DNA from: Phoronis australis
Lineage: Eukaryota > Animalia > Phoronida
DNA: 64,000 nt
Direction: 5' to 3'
Assembly: GCA_002633005.1 (NCBI GenBank)
Contig: NMRA01000020.1
Span: 826,803 to 890,802, forward strand
Shown: one piece after another, positions 40,101 to 50,583 of the stretch
How the letters are laid out: each line of letters starts with the position of its first letter
Numbering within the stretch: the first letter of the stretch is position 1
The notes under the pieces: generated by a model
The model's input: the letters and a program-made list of their open reading frames with translations, nothing else
What the model was told of the DNA's origin: nothing
The model's database searches: none
Position numbers and translations under genes: made by a program

Positions 40101-43100
40101 GCACACAGTTGTGCATCAAGGGAGTCCTTCAGACACATTATAGACCTTTTGTATTTGAGACAGGCAAGGTCAGGGAATGTAGTTCTTTGTGAATACCTTG
40201 CTTTTATTCAAGACATACAACTGACGCATTTGGCCTGTGTAACTGAACACAGATTAACAAAGGGTAAAAAGTCCAGACTGAGAAAATTTTTTATTACTCT
40301 AAATAGGAAACCCAGAAGGTGAGGTTGGTCACATTAACTGACAGTATTGTGTAAAAACTGAGCAGATTTTCAAGAGTATTGCTGTGATAAAACTTTAATA
40401 TTTAGTTAAAGGCTGGCTGTTCTGATTCTTGTTTCACTTCCATTCTCCAGATATGTGATAATTGCATTTCGTGTTACTAGGCAACAAGGGTGGAGTAGGA
40501 ATATCACTCTACTTCAGTGGTACCTCATTTTGCTTCGTCAACTGTCATCTCACATCGGGCAGTGAAAAGAACACCAGGTAACTTTGGAAACATTTTAAAA
40601 TCTTTTTACAAACACTAACAGCTTGGGCATAATGATTAAGTCAAAGGGGCTAATTTTTCTTGTTATTATTAAAAGCCTTAAGTTTATGGTGTTAAAATGC
40701 TTTTAACTGTCTTCTCAAGTGCTCTTCCAAAGCACTTTCATCATGTTCTATCCTTTTTTTGATTTGAAATTGGTTACCAAAGGTTGCCTACGGGAATCCC
40801 CTGATGGTTGTACTGCCTTGGTGGCAGAAACTAACACACCATGACTAACAGCTTAAAATGGCTGCTGTCTAAAGCAATAACATCTTGCCAGTTTTTCTCA
40901 AGTTTAGAAATTACTGAGACCAATTTTTCAACAATAAGCGACCTAAATCAAAAATTGGTTTTTAACACTAAGTATTGGTTTGTTGTCCTGACCTTTGACC
41001 TAGTAGTTCCCAGTGTGCCTTATCAGCCAATTATACTGCATCCCACTAATTCACATTTATTTTGAAGCTGGGCCTGAAAGAATGTGGATCAAAAAGGTTG
41101 TTATGATGCAATCTAGCTTAAAGGGAATTCCCAAGTGCCATGATTGTAGAATTCCATTGTATAGATCTGGGAACTGTTTTACCAAAGTCTGGTCAATGCC
41201 AAGACAGGTGTATCTTTGATTTTTATTGGCTAGCAAATCAGTTTGTAATTGTGGGCTTCCTTGATCACGTTTACTTTGAATCAGTAGCAATTTTTCGCTC
41301 TTACAAACAATGCAGCATTGCCGTCACACAGAAATGTGCGATCTTTCATAACATGGGCCTGTGGTATTTATGCTGAACTGTTCTCTTTCATATTCTGGTT
41401 CTATTTTTTGTCCGAGTGCAGTTTTTGAAGAAAAATTTAGAGGTTTTTAAGAACATTTGGTGTTCTAATAATATGATAACATTACTATAAAATTTTACTT
41501 ATTTCAGACAAAAAATAGTAATCGTGCCCACAGTTTTTCAAAATATTGTGTGGAGGTAACTTTTGTTCACAAATTGAACATGGAAAAGCTTTAAATCTGG
41601 TGCTGAATATCTTAAGAAAAAGGCCAAGAAAATAAAATTTCCCTAGTCTGCCATATCATGTCCTAAGGTGGTGGTAGTTATTGTGTATACTGCTTCACAT
41701 GTCTTCGCTTTCTGTTGACCTCTAGGAGAAACAACAACTATCACTCCATCCTCAGCAGTCTATCATCATCTATAGGCCGTAAGCCTCTCTCCAGCTTTGC
41801 TGATCTAATGGGTCAGTTCCATCACATCTTCTGGTTTGGTGACCTTAACTACAGGGTTGAAGCAGAATGCCAGGTGATTCTCTATGAAAACAATTAATTC
41901 TCAATAGGTTGTTTGAAGCACTTGAAAGTGCTAAAATTCTGCAATAAAAATTGATGACTCTGTGAAACAGATGTTTCATGAAAAGTAAATAACTCCAGGA
42001 TTATTGAAATAAATTACTTGATAATTATAATTGTACATTTGAGTTAGTGTCAGTTATTTTTCCACCATAAAAGAAGTGTCCGCATTGTACTCATGGGTAA
42101 TTTACCAGACAAGTGTATTCTACATTTTTCAGCCATAGACATTATCTTACTGGCTTTAAAACTGCATTGGTATTGAGCATGTATTTCAGTCGTAAAAATG
42201 AGTGGAAAGAAAATAAAATTTTAGGCATTTCTTGAGTGAGTTACGTAAAAGCTTGGGCTGAAAAATCTAGTAAATAACATAATGGTTGCACTTATAAGAC
42301 GGTCTTATAGAAGTACCTGTGTATGAATTCATGTGGTTTGCATAATATGGTTTCCCCATATGTTACTGGTTAATGGAAGTATGAATAACCAAGAATGAAA
42401 AATGCACGTTCGTGATTTGACATTGCGCTTGGAAAAAGTGTAAAGTGTGGAATTTCAGAGCAGAAAATGACATTTAGAAAAAGGGTATTAAGGAATTGCG
42501 TTGAACCAACTTCAGTACGAAGTACCTGGGTGCCTACAGCCTCAGCCTGGATCAGAAATCACCAAAGTTTCTACAAACCCATCATCATATGGTGGGGACA
42601 ACTTTTGATATGTTGACCTCATTAATAAGTGAATTGTGTTTTTAGTCATGCTTGTTTAGTTGAAGATGATTTTTACTTTAATATTTTGAATGTATCATGT
42701 AACCGTAATAATTGCAATTCAAACTTTCAAAAAGTATTGGAAATCCAACTATTTCTCACTTGCAAAAAGATATTTTTATTGGGAATGTTATGTAGATTAT
42801 GTGAAGGCATTTCAATGTAGTAGCACTCTCTAGATTGTTGACAAATTCTATAACGTCTGCTTAATTGTGGATTCTGCCAAATGTTTCTTGTCCACAGTGT
42901 TGCCTCAGTAACAGTTCAGTGTGTCTCCACATTGTAGTCTGTACTAACAAAGTGAGGTTATAAAACATGTTAAGCATCAGATAAAAAAGTTTTTGTTTAC
43001 TTTAATTTGTAAAATATCCTTTTGCATCCGAGGGTAGCTCTAACATGAATTTCCTGCCTGGATAACCAGTCTGTTATCATATTACACTTTCATAGGATAT

Positions 43101-46100
43101 CCTCAAGAAGGTAACTGACAAGCAGTATGAGCCACTGCTACAGGTTGATCAACTGGCCAAGTCTATTGCTGCCCAGGAGGCATTTTTAGGATTCCGTAAG
43201 TACTGACTAGTCATGACATTGTTGTATTTTGTGTTGCCTTAATTCCTGTTTGACTACTTGAATGTCTTAGGTGAAATACATGTATCACTGATTAAGGATT
43301 TAGAATATCCATGAATTTCCTCTTTTCAAACAATGCATTAGATTATGGACGTTACTTCTTTTTTGACGATTTTCATTTTCATGGTTTGCTAATACTTTCC
43401 AATGCTGGTACAGGCAAAAATATTCAACTCCAATGTTCATTCACTTACTGAAGAGTGTTTCTAAATCTCATGGCAACGTTTAGCTTTGAATTACACTCGG
43501 CCAACCGTTGAACCATCCTTGCCACCAGCATGGTTGTTACTCAAACAGACAAATGTGTTGCACACACTGCACAGCTAAAATGACACCAGACTTAAGTCAG
43601 TGATGCCTGAGAACCAGTCATTGAGGATGCTTGCTGTATCACGAAGTGATCACTTTGCTGTTGAAGAATAAGTTTGATGTAATGCTGTGGTGAAATATTA
43701 ACAGTAACTGTAAAGGGGAAGCAACAAAAGTGACTGTAGTATCTGAAAGCTTCCTTGTAAGCAAATTTATGAGCTGTTGGAGAATTTTGACATCAATAAA
43801 TATCCTATCAACCTGAATTATTATAATTTGAAAACTACTCAAACCAAATGTGACTTTACGCCCAAGTAAATGGTGAAGAGAGGTACATGTAGTTGTGGAA
43901 GAATGTCTGATCATCTTTGTGGTTGGTGGTTCTGTTGTCTGTTGTCAAATGAACTCAATAACTGGTCAACAGGCTTTTCTGGGTTTCTGTTGTCCAGTCA
44001 TGTTCTGAAGTACTGTATGGCTCTCCTCTCTTCACTCTTTTTGATGTGTCTGTCTGCAACTACCAGAATCTAGTTTATCTTACCTGAAATGAAAAATGTT
44101 TAAAACTCAAACATGCCAGAGAGTCACCAGTCATGTGAACAGAAAAGATCATATTGCAGTTCTGTTGTTGTTTCATCTAGTTGCCGCCTGACTGCGGCAT
44201 GTTTCGTCAATTAAAACCGCATAACATAGCAACTGAAATGACGTTGATAGAGGGTTTTTAATTTCTGTGTATTAAGTAATTAGTTGTTTTTGTGTTCTTG
44301 CTTGTAGAGGAGGAGAAAATTATGTTCCCGCCTAGTTACAGGTATACACGGGGTAGTGACACCTACGACTGGAGGAAGGTCAAAAAGACATGTGTGAGTG
44401 AATTGCAGTGTAGATGTGACAGCGTATGCTATGTAGGTCCATTCATTTAATGTACTTTCGGGGGGAAATGTTTAGATAGCCTGTGACCATTGACATGTTT
44501 TTTCAAATCTGTAGGACTGGCGTTGACTTGTTTTCGGTGATTGTGGGTATACTAAATAATGAATGTGTAATTGGGAATAATTTTTGGCAGATATTTGCTG
44601 AGGCTTACATTATGCTGTGCGGGAATGTGGCATTTTTTAGTCATAATGTCAGCTCAAAGCCTATTAGGAAACACTTTGTTATTGAGCAATTGACTCTGCG
44701 ATATCACCAGTTTGGTATTATCTTGGATAAACATTTTGGTAGGCCTATCTGCTAAACCTACACGGTTTTCTGAATTATGACATCTTGGAGACATAGAGAA
44801 TCCTTCATGAGTCTCAGGTTTTTGACATGGGCAAAACCTCTTGGAAATCTCATCAAAATCCCTTGGCAAGCCTCGGGTTTTTGACAAAATTTCCTAAAGG
44901 TTTTGCCCATGTCATAAATCTGAGGCAAGTGTACATTACGTAGGATTTGTTTTCTCACATGAACAGTAAAAACGATGATCTTTTTGACGAAAAACTTGAC
45001 GTGTCTAAAACTTTCAACCACATGACTCAACTTTTTTGTAAAAACACGCTTGCGCAATGTAAAATATTGCAGTTACTTTATTTTGTTATTGTTTTATTTT
45101 AAGCTTAACAATTGTAAATTACATTCAGCTTTCGTAGCAAATATTCAAGTTAGAAAATGGTAAATAGTCTTTGAAGTTGTAATAAATAACAGCCAGAAAG
45201 GCGTGTGAGCACTGAATTGACATTGAGACGACACAGCTAAACAGTCTCACTGCGTTTCTTGAGTTGGGGCTCGTCTCCATTTGAATGAACGTTGATATGG
45301 AATTCGCCACCGAAGATGAGTCTGTTTAAGAAGTTGTTTGCATGTCCTTCCGACTAGGAGTACGTACAGTTGCTATACCGGATTTGTCAATCATAACCTT
45401 GCCACCTTCTCAGAAATATGGCATTGTTTGGTTGGCATGCATTTGATTGTTTTAGTGTTTTGCAGACAATAAAATGTAAGGTATATGGATTTCTACTTTG
45501 CACTACTTTGTGATTCGCCCATGTAATATCCATTCGTACTCGGTGTTATTAACCAGTCGTGTCGTAACACATTCCAGGTCATGTGAGAAAAATGCCTTTG
45601 TTATTAGGAAACACTAATCCTTCAGCAGGTATCTTATGGAGCTTGTCTGAGAGCTGTTGCCAAAGATGTGTTAACATTTGAGCAGCTATGATATCAGATC
45701 CTATTGTCTCATTTCATTTACACCAGTCACATTCGTATCAATATTTATGCACCCACATTATTTATATGTGCGTGCATTTTGCCGTCATCTCTGTCTGGGC
45801 GTTTGGCATCCGCAGCTGTATCTTCTAAACCCTTTTTTTAAATAATTGCAGGCCGCGAATGTGGTCCCATTTCACTGATCACCTGGAGCCATTTTTGTGC
45901 TTTATTAAATAATAAGTAAAACCGAGCTGAGGAGCTAGAAACCTGACTCAAGGGTCGAGTAGTGTGCCCCAGTGGAACTCGAACCCCTTACGCGATCATT
46001 TGTTTCTATGAAGCCGACGGCAAATTTCGGTCTGGTCCGACTACCGGTGTGCCCTCTAGTACCAATTTTATTTTTCTATGTTTACCTCAGTCTGTATCTT

Positions 46101-49100
46101 CAAAGGTCCTCAACGGATTTCCTTGAAATTTGGAATAGGCATCAATTAGTGAGATGATGCTATTGCCCCATTTTCAGACAGATTTTTGGTATTTTGCACC
46201 ACCTAGAAGCCATGTTTACTGTTTTTTGCGCACTTCTGCTCCATCAGCCAAATCACTCATAGGATGATTGTGAAAAGTGGCATATATTATGTTCTTAGTG
46301 CGAAGAGGATGGTTGACAGTGATTTTCCACCAACTTCGACTGCCGTGGTGCCTCCTAGTGGCAGTTTTGTTTTTTTGTGTCTAGTGCTGTATGTGCTAAA
46401 CTCATTGCAGGATCTTTATTGAATTTAGCAAGTTAGTGTATTTATATGAAGTTGACAACAGACGACAAGGAGTTTCAGAAGGATCCAACGAAGGCTATGC
46501 CCCCTAGTAGCTATCATTTTTTCGGTTTCCCTCAGTTTCTCTGAAGTTCCTTGACGGGTTTTTATGAAATTTCAATTGGTAAATAGCTTTCAGTTTAGAA
46601 ACGATGATATGTTGTCGTTTCGGATGGATTTGACATATGTTGTGTCGTCTAATGGCCACTTTTGTAATACAAAAATAAACACCCGTAGAAGCACACCATT
46701 TGCGGTGCATTCGTGGGCACATTTCAACACTCTGCATTGCTCTTGTCCATCATGGTGTGATAGAGTACTATGATGTTAGGTCTTATCGTATTCTATTTAC
46801 ACAGATTCGTATCAATGTTCCATCATGGTGTGACAGAGTACTATGGTGTTCCTTCCCTCATACCTACATTGCCAACACGTCCTATGGCACAGCTGACAGT
46901 ATTAAGACCAGTGACCACCGACCTTTGTTCGCGACTTTTGACATTGGCATCATGACTCAGTCACAAGGCATGGTATCACCGTTGAAAAATGATGTCAAAA
47001 TTATATTTGACCGAGTTGAAGCTGAGGTGAGTACTCTCCGTTTTGTGATTCAACTAACTTCAGCTGATATACTATTTCTTCATCGTAATTATTTTTTTCA
47101 CTGTGATTGTGTTCTTAATTAAAATAATGCTTTTTGTATAGTTTGTGACCATTCAAAAATTGCATATTGGTCTCGACTGGTGAAACGGCACCAATGCTCT
47201 CGACAACAGTGATCTTTCAAGTTTTGAATATTACATGACATTTATTTCTAGCAATATGATTTTCAAATCCTGTTTGTTTTTTATCAATAATAAGTTTCTC
47301 AGACACATAGTTTGCTATGTGAGATATTTAATAAACCCATCATTTGAATCAAGTTTGCCTCAGACCTTAGTCATTTTGAAGCCATTTGCCGTGCCTGACT
47401 GGTGCAATCATTAAGCAGCAGTATATCATGTTGATGAATGCGTGCCACTAGTCTTTGGCTAATACAGCGTCGTAACTAAAGGGAAACCGGAATGCATCAA
47501 TTGTTGTCACAGCCAGGACAGACATGTTTGACATCCAATTCAATCGATTAATCAAAGTTGTTGTCTGTTCATGATGTCAAGTCGTTCAATCCCACTAGAA
47601 TGCCTATAGTCCACATTGTTGGTGAGCAGTCGCATTAGTCAATCGTGTATGTGACTAAGATGTTTGACTCTAACCCTATATCTTTAAGCCTTTTTGGCCT
47701 TGGTCCTATACATGTGAGCCTATGTTTCAGATCAAAACAACAAGTAAGCTCAAGTTCCGACTAGAGTTCCACTCATCCTGTCTTGAGAGTCCTGTACAGA
47801 GCAAGGTGAATAAAGCATTCACAAACAAGACTCTGCGCACTGATGCCTACATCTGTCCTGAATGGACGGCTGACATGATTGACAACATGGCTCCCATAGT
47901 AATGCACCCAGATTACGTCGAAGAGCAGCACCTGTTGATTGCGGTGAAGGCTATAGATAGTGATGAATCATATGGCGAGTGTGTGCTCGCTCTCAAGTCT
48001 AGGACGAGCATTGCCGCGCAACCATTCAGCTGTTGTCTCATGCACAATGGAGAGTTGACTGGCAAATTACGGGGCATGATGCATGTGTCATCTGAAGTTG
48101 GCACCAAGGGATTAAAATGCAAACGCAAGAGCTATGAGCTGATCACCATGGATACTAACCCACACTGCTACGCTAATGTTAGCATTTATGATGACGTCGC
48201 TGTTATGGTGCGACCATCTGAGGACGGCGCCTCGTTTCGTCTGCCAAAAGTGAACCAAAAAACCAAAAGTATGCAAGTGCCCATGTCCTATGCAGGTGTT
48301 CCCCCGGTTCCTCCAAGATCGACGAGCTTTGCCGGTGACTTGCGACGACCTGTCCCTCACCTTCCCGTCTCTTCAGATGAGGCACACAATACAACAACCC
48401 CTGCTGATCATGCTGTGTCTGGAGAGATCTGCTCTGAAGCAATATCAGAAGATCGTTACATTTACAGCGAGGTCGCTGGCAATGAGATGGAGGTTGGCAT
48501 GGGGGAAGATTCTGAATATCAGGAGTGTGTCGCATGGGTTGATACCCAAGCAATGGGTGACCTTGAACCTGCTCCTTGTGATGAACCCAATTTGACCTCA
48601 CCCACTCAAGGTCACAACCCGCCCAGAAGACCCAGGATGGGCCAATCAGCTCTCAAAGCAGCACCAGCTTCAAACGCTTCACTTATGACCCACTTCCCTG
48701 GACCTTCAATGGAAAGCCAAAGTTCCAGTTTGATTCTGGAGGCTAATGAAGGTAACTTAGGTGCCATGACAGAAAGGGAACATTACTCAGCCCATCCCCC
48801 TCCAATACCAGAGAAGACAAAGCCATCAGTACCAATACCAGCCATTCCTGAGGTAATTCTTTGTAATTCACAACTCAGAAAATTAGTTTTAAATTAGTAA
48901 ATACGCAGAATACGGTAATTTCTCCAATAATGTCCTCTTTCCATATTCAGAAGCTGATAACATTACTGCAAATAAGGTTATGACACCCTGACCATACAAA
49001 TCATGCTAGTAACAGACTAAAATTTTCATACTTTTTATTTTTGTGGTGAAATATAATTGTACAAAATATCAGTTGTTGGCCACATTGTGTGCTAATTAAG

Positions 49101-50583
49101 TTAAGAATTACCATAACCTAACTTATCAGAGTTGGTCATTAACAGAACACTTACCGTTGTGCGGAACCATTACCACGAGAACAAGATCTTCATAGTTGTC
49201 CCAAAACTTACCATGCATAGCAGAATTCTTGTCACGTACAAAGAACCCTTACAACACACAATGTCAAGTGTAACATCTGCACTAAAATTTGTGCATGGTA
49301 AGGGCTTTTGCGAATAATGGTAAAAGCCATGCTTTGTGGTTCATGGTTTGCAGTCCATGCTAGGGATTTGGTTACCACACTGACTAGTTCAAACAAAACA
49401 AATGGGTAACTTAAAAGTGCCATGAATACGCTGCGCATCAAAATGCTGGCTTTTCTTGAAGACCACCAAGTGCAGAAAGCTGTCTTACTCAGATTAGAAG
49501 GGATTTCTATTCTAGAATTATTGACAGTTCATTATTTTTTAAGATTGTCAGCTTAAAATGATCTGCAATCTCAAAGCTTGATTCAAGCAATTACGACCTG
49601 TCAGATCTTCAGAAGCCCAGAAATCCTTTCTAGGGGAGTAAGGAGACCAGTGCTATCAACTCTGTATGGAAACTTAATATATTTTATTTTTTATAGCAGC
49701 TACATGTAAGTATTAGCAACTAAACAACGTGTAGTGTTGGAAGAAATGTGTTTGACATTCAAAAACCCCAGTGGAAAAACATAATTTGTATAGTTGTATG
49801 TGACGTTTTAACAGCCTGGAATGCATTCCTAAGGGTTAAGGCAACTGTTTTAGTGACATTTTGGGTTAAAGTACAATTTGCTGGTTTTTGTAAATACATT
49901 TCAAGTGATCATTAAAATCGGGGATTCTAAGTATGCATGCGTCACTCTGAAAGTGACTTTCGTTACCTGAATAATTCCATACCAGTTTGTTACAAGTTGA
50001 CGTCCACTATGACAAATCCGATAACACAATCTGTGTGTGGCAAAAGATGGTGCAGATTGATTTGGGCTGTGAACGTCACTTTTGGAGTGACTCATGCATA
50101 ATTGATTTAGACCTCGGGTTAAGCTTAAAAGTTTATTGAGGATAAGCAGAAAACTGGTTTCCAAGGATGACAATAAAATGGTTGCCTTCCATTTAAGGAC
50201 TGTGAATCGCAGTGTCTGGAGTCTAGGAGATTTATCTGGGTTGAAAATGGCATTTTGCTTATATTAAGGTGGCCTACATGTTCTTGTTGAAGTTTGTTGC
50301 TCATTTCATTTGTGGCTTTTTTGAGATGTGTTCATTTCGATTGATATCTTGATTAATCTTACAGGAAGATGTTTACGATTCCTTACAGAAACCAAGTTCA
50401 GTGAATGAATGGCTTCTGGATATTGGTCTACCTTGTTACATTCGTGCATTTTTGGACAACGGATGGGACAGCTTCCAGTTTGTTGGAGAGATAACTGAGG
50501 ATGACCTTGAGGATATTGGTGTGAGTCTGTCTGAGCACCGGGAGAGAATAATTACCAGCCTTTGTCAACTGGGGATGAAATGA
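21983..50583 (+). CDS. INPPL1: SH2-containing inositol polyphosphate 5-phosphatase (SHIP2/INPPL1-like), 19 coding exons, ~1189 aa
   Basis: SH2 (FLVRDSES), PH-like region, 5-phosphatase motifs GSFNMG, GTQES, GNKGGV, HLTSG, FWFGDLNYR, PSWCDRVLW, TSDHRP, C2 domain, Pro-rich tail, C-terminal SAM (EWLLDIGLPCY..FLDNGWDS). All introns GT-AG with consistent phase; total 3570 nt. Confidence 0.93.
22431..22494 (+). CDS. INPPL1: SHIP exon 2 (SH2)
   Basis: HQGRVYQYRILTDDSKKLTIQ; tag|...|gtacag. Confidence 0.9.
22545..24330. mobile_element. non-autonomous/decayed TIR DNA transposon, Academ-like
   Basis: Imperfect TIRs TAGTTCATGGATCCACC..AGCCAACAAGCAACAAGGTGGGGG versus reverse complement TAGTCCACGAGAGCACCAGCCATCCAGCGACAATGTGGGGG; GTAC on both flanks; decayed Cys/His-containing ORF at 23226-23720. 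Confidence 0.55.
24526..24676 (+). CDS. INPPL1: SHIP exon 3 (SH2 C-half)
   Basis: TRDSDGQEKRRYCDLAQLVHEYKQRGESNSLVCALGRSIEAKKEEHEPDS; cag|...|gtaagt. Confidence 0.85.
25338..25437 (+). CDS. INPPL1: SHIP exon 4
   Basis: EDEEMLSEGRECAPTDDVVSQQLQKKFSHLDMS; phase 1 in, 2 out. Confidence 0.8.
25707..25955 (+). mobile_element. hAT-like MITE family copy (same family as 54044-54250, opposite orientation)
   Basis: Shared blocks aaaaaggtc-cctca-agaaacaaaaactccgaaaaaa and aaattcgagcc-cccatt-ttaggct. Confidence 0.55.
26428..26568 (+). CDS. INPPL1: SHIP exon 5
   Basis: FDGEFVNELQTYVQYGLAKDVEKLGSQPAHLTHLRKLLTHAAKDFN, like the helical linker of vertebrate SHIPs. Confidence 0.85.
26701..27960 (+). mobile_element. 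Helentron-associated non-autonomous element (HINE/DINE-1-like), full-length copy
   Basis: T-run, then 5' subterminal IR ATGTGCCCAC..GTGGACGCAT and GTCY-like simple repeats; ~150-bp internal tandem units (aaatttggc...cctagtggc); 3' subTIR GTGGGCGCAT, stem-loop CAACGC-tct-GCGTTG, then TTCTTGTTT. Confidence 0.7.
29205..29765 (+). repeat. unclassified dispersed repeat, inverted homolog of 54725-55015
   Basis: Shared ttccagacgtgaggggtgct..gtgcgataa, cccagtcaggctagatacgatct, aacaaaagagcgcaggccc, gaacaagttggg-gcaacgggatgtc. Confidence 0.75.
30042..30138 (+). CDS. INPPL1: SHIP exon 6
   Basis: EMLMFLRKVELCRQLFSIASANPAATKFIHEK; ttccag|...|gtac. Confidence 0.85.
30495..30835 (+). mobile_element. degraded fragment of the HINE-like family
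   Basis: tctatctgccaaccc..aaggatcattatgaaatt and 3' gtgtgtgcatgtcaatgc..cattg..cttgtt resemble the 26701 copy. Confidence 0.35.
30874..30954 (+). CDS. INPPL1: SHIP exon 7
   Basis: EDAPLDMETFLERLGQCKEIVETVEEK; phase 0/0. Confidence 0.8.
33647..33796 (+). CDS. INPPL1: SHIP exon 8 (acceptor could alternatively be 33656)
   Basis: AIQAAKSFSSSTASSTGDKDDVFDDNKPLRPFTSRYTSKRKAIIAPSSFE; donor GAG|GTACAA. Confidence 0.75.
34409..34541 (+). CDS. INPPL1: SHIP exon 9 (PH-like)
   Basis: VKLMGNYGKASTINLTVDVHAGKLYAVRPNKDVLDDSNTFHVDK. Confidence 0.88.
35173..36460 (+). mobile_element. HINE-like element copy
   Basis: 5' GTGGGTGCAT plus catctctgtctgg, internal units, 3' cacaccattt..CGTGGGCACATTTC. Confidence 0.65.
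36568..36765 (+). CDS. INPPL1: SHIP exon 10
   Basis: LQLIKNTANNCRLEV...REHFCQLVQRMKNIHS...ISVFVGSFNM. Confidence 0.92.
37443..37639 (+). CDS. INPPL1: SHIP exon 11 (5-phosphatase)
   Basis: DSSFPVDTSEWFRCQGSGK...PHDLCAIGTQES...VEYHV. Confidence 0.92.
37993..38110 (+). CDS. INPPL1: SHIP exon 12
   Basis: VTMCSLWAMRLIILVRPEHKNKISHVQQSTVKTGIANAL. Confidence 0.93.
38166..38895 (+). mobile_element. HINE-like element copy (shorter)
   Basis: 5' GTGGGCGCATT, aagttccttgatggattttcatgaaatt unit, 3' aagcaccattgggagcatt. Confidence 0.55.
38628..40382. repeat. ~877-bp tandem duplication (38628-39504 / 39506-40382), probable uncollapsed haplotype overlap
   Basis: Copies differ at about 2 positions and are joined at a single N (39505). 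Confidence 0.85.
40481..40577 (+). CDS. INPPL1: SHIP exon 13
   Basis: GNKGGVGISLYFSGTSFCFVNCHLTSGSEKNT. Confidence 0.93.
41726..41873 (+). CDS. INPPL1: SHIP exon 14 (catalytic motif 1)
   Basis: RRNNNYHSILSSL...FHHIFWFGDLNYRVEAECQ. Confidence 0.93.
43096..43195 (+). CDS. INPPL1: SHIP exon 15
   Basis: DILKKVTDKQYEPLLQVDQLAKSIAAQEAFLGF. Confidence 0.92.
44308..44393 (+). CDS. INPPL1: SHIP exon 16
   Basis: EEKIMFPPSYRYTRGSDTYDWRKVKKTC. Confidence 0.92.
45744..46746 (+). mobile_element. HINE-like element copy with nested SINE
   Basis: 5' ATGCACCCAC..GTGCGTGCAT; 3' CGTGGGCACATTTCAACACTCTGCATTGCTCTTGT; closely similar to the 26701 copy. Confidence 0.7.
45841..45988 (-). mobile_element. tRNA-derived SINE fragment nested in a HINE copy
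   Basis: Homologous to 20497-20685; plus strand ggaactcgaaccc corresponds to a minus-strand B-box. Confidence 0.55.
46805..47026 (+). CDS. INPPL1: SHIP exon 17 (catalytic motif 2)
   Basis: IRINVPSWCDRVLWCSFP...IKTSDHRPLFATFDIGI...IIFDRVEAE. Confidence 0.93.
47731..48852 (+). CDS. INPPL1: SHIP exon 18 (C2 domain plus Pro/Tyr-rich tail), 1122 nt
   Basis: IKTTSKLKFRLEFHSSCLE...HLLIAVKAIDSDESYGECVLALK...PPVPPR...PPPIPEK...AIPE; ttcag|...|gtaatt. Confidence 0.88.
50365..50583 (+). CDS. INPPL1: SHIP exon 19 (SAM domain, stop)
   Basis: EDVYDSLQKPSSVNEWLLDIGLPCYIRAFLDNGWDSFQFVGEITEDDLEDIGVSLSEHRERIITSLCQLGMK*. Confidence 0.9.
   Translation, partial: EDVYDSLQKPSSVNEWLLDIGLPCYIRAFLDNGWDSFQFVGEITEDDLEDIGVSLSEHRERIITSLCQLGMK

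Noticed and set aside
47913-48601. Several antisense and alternate-frame ORFs up to 132 aa
   Set aside because: Shadows of SHIP exon 18
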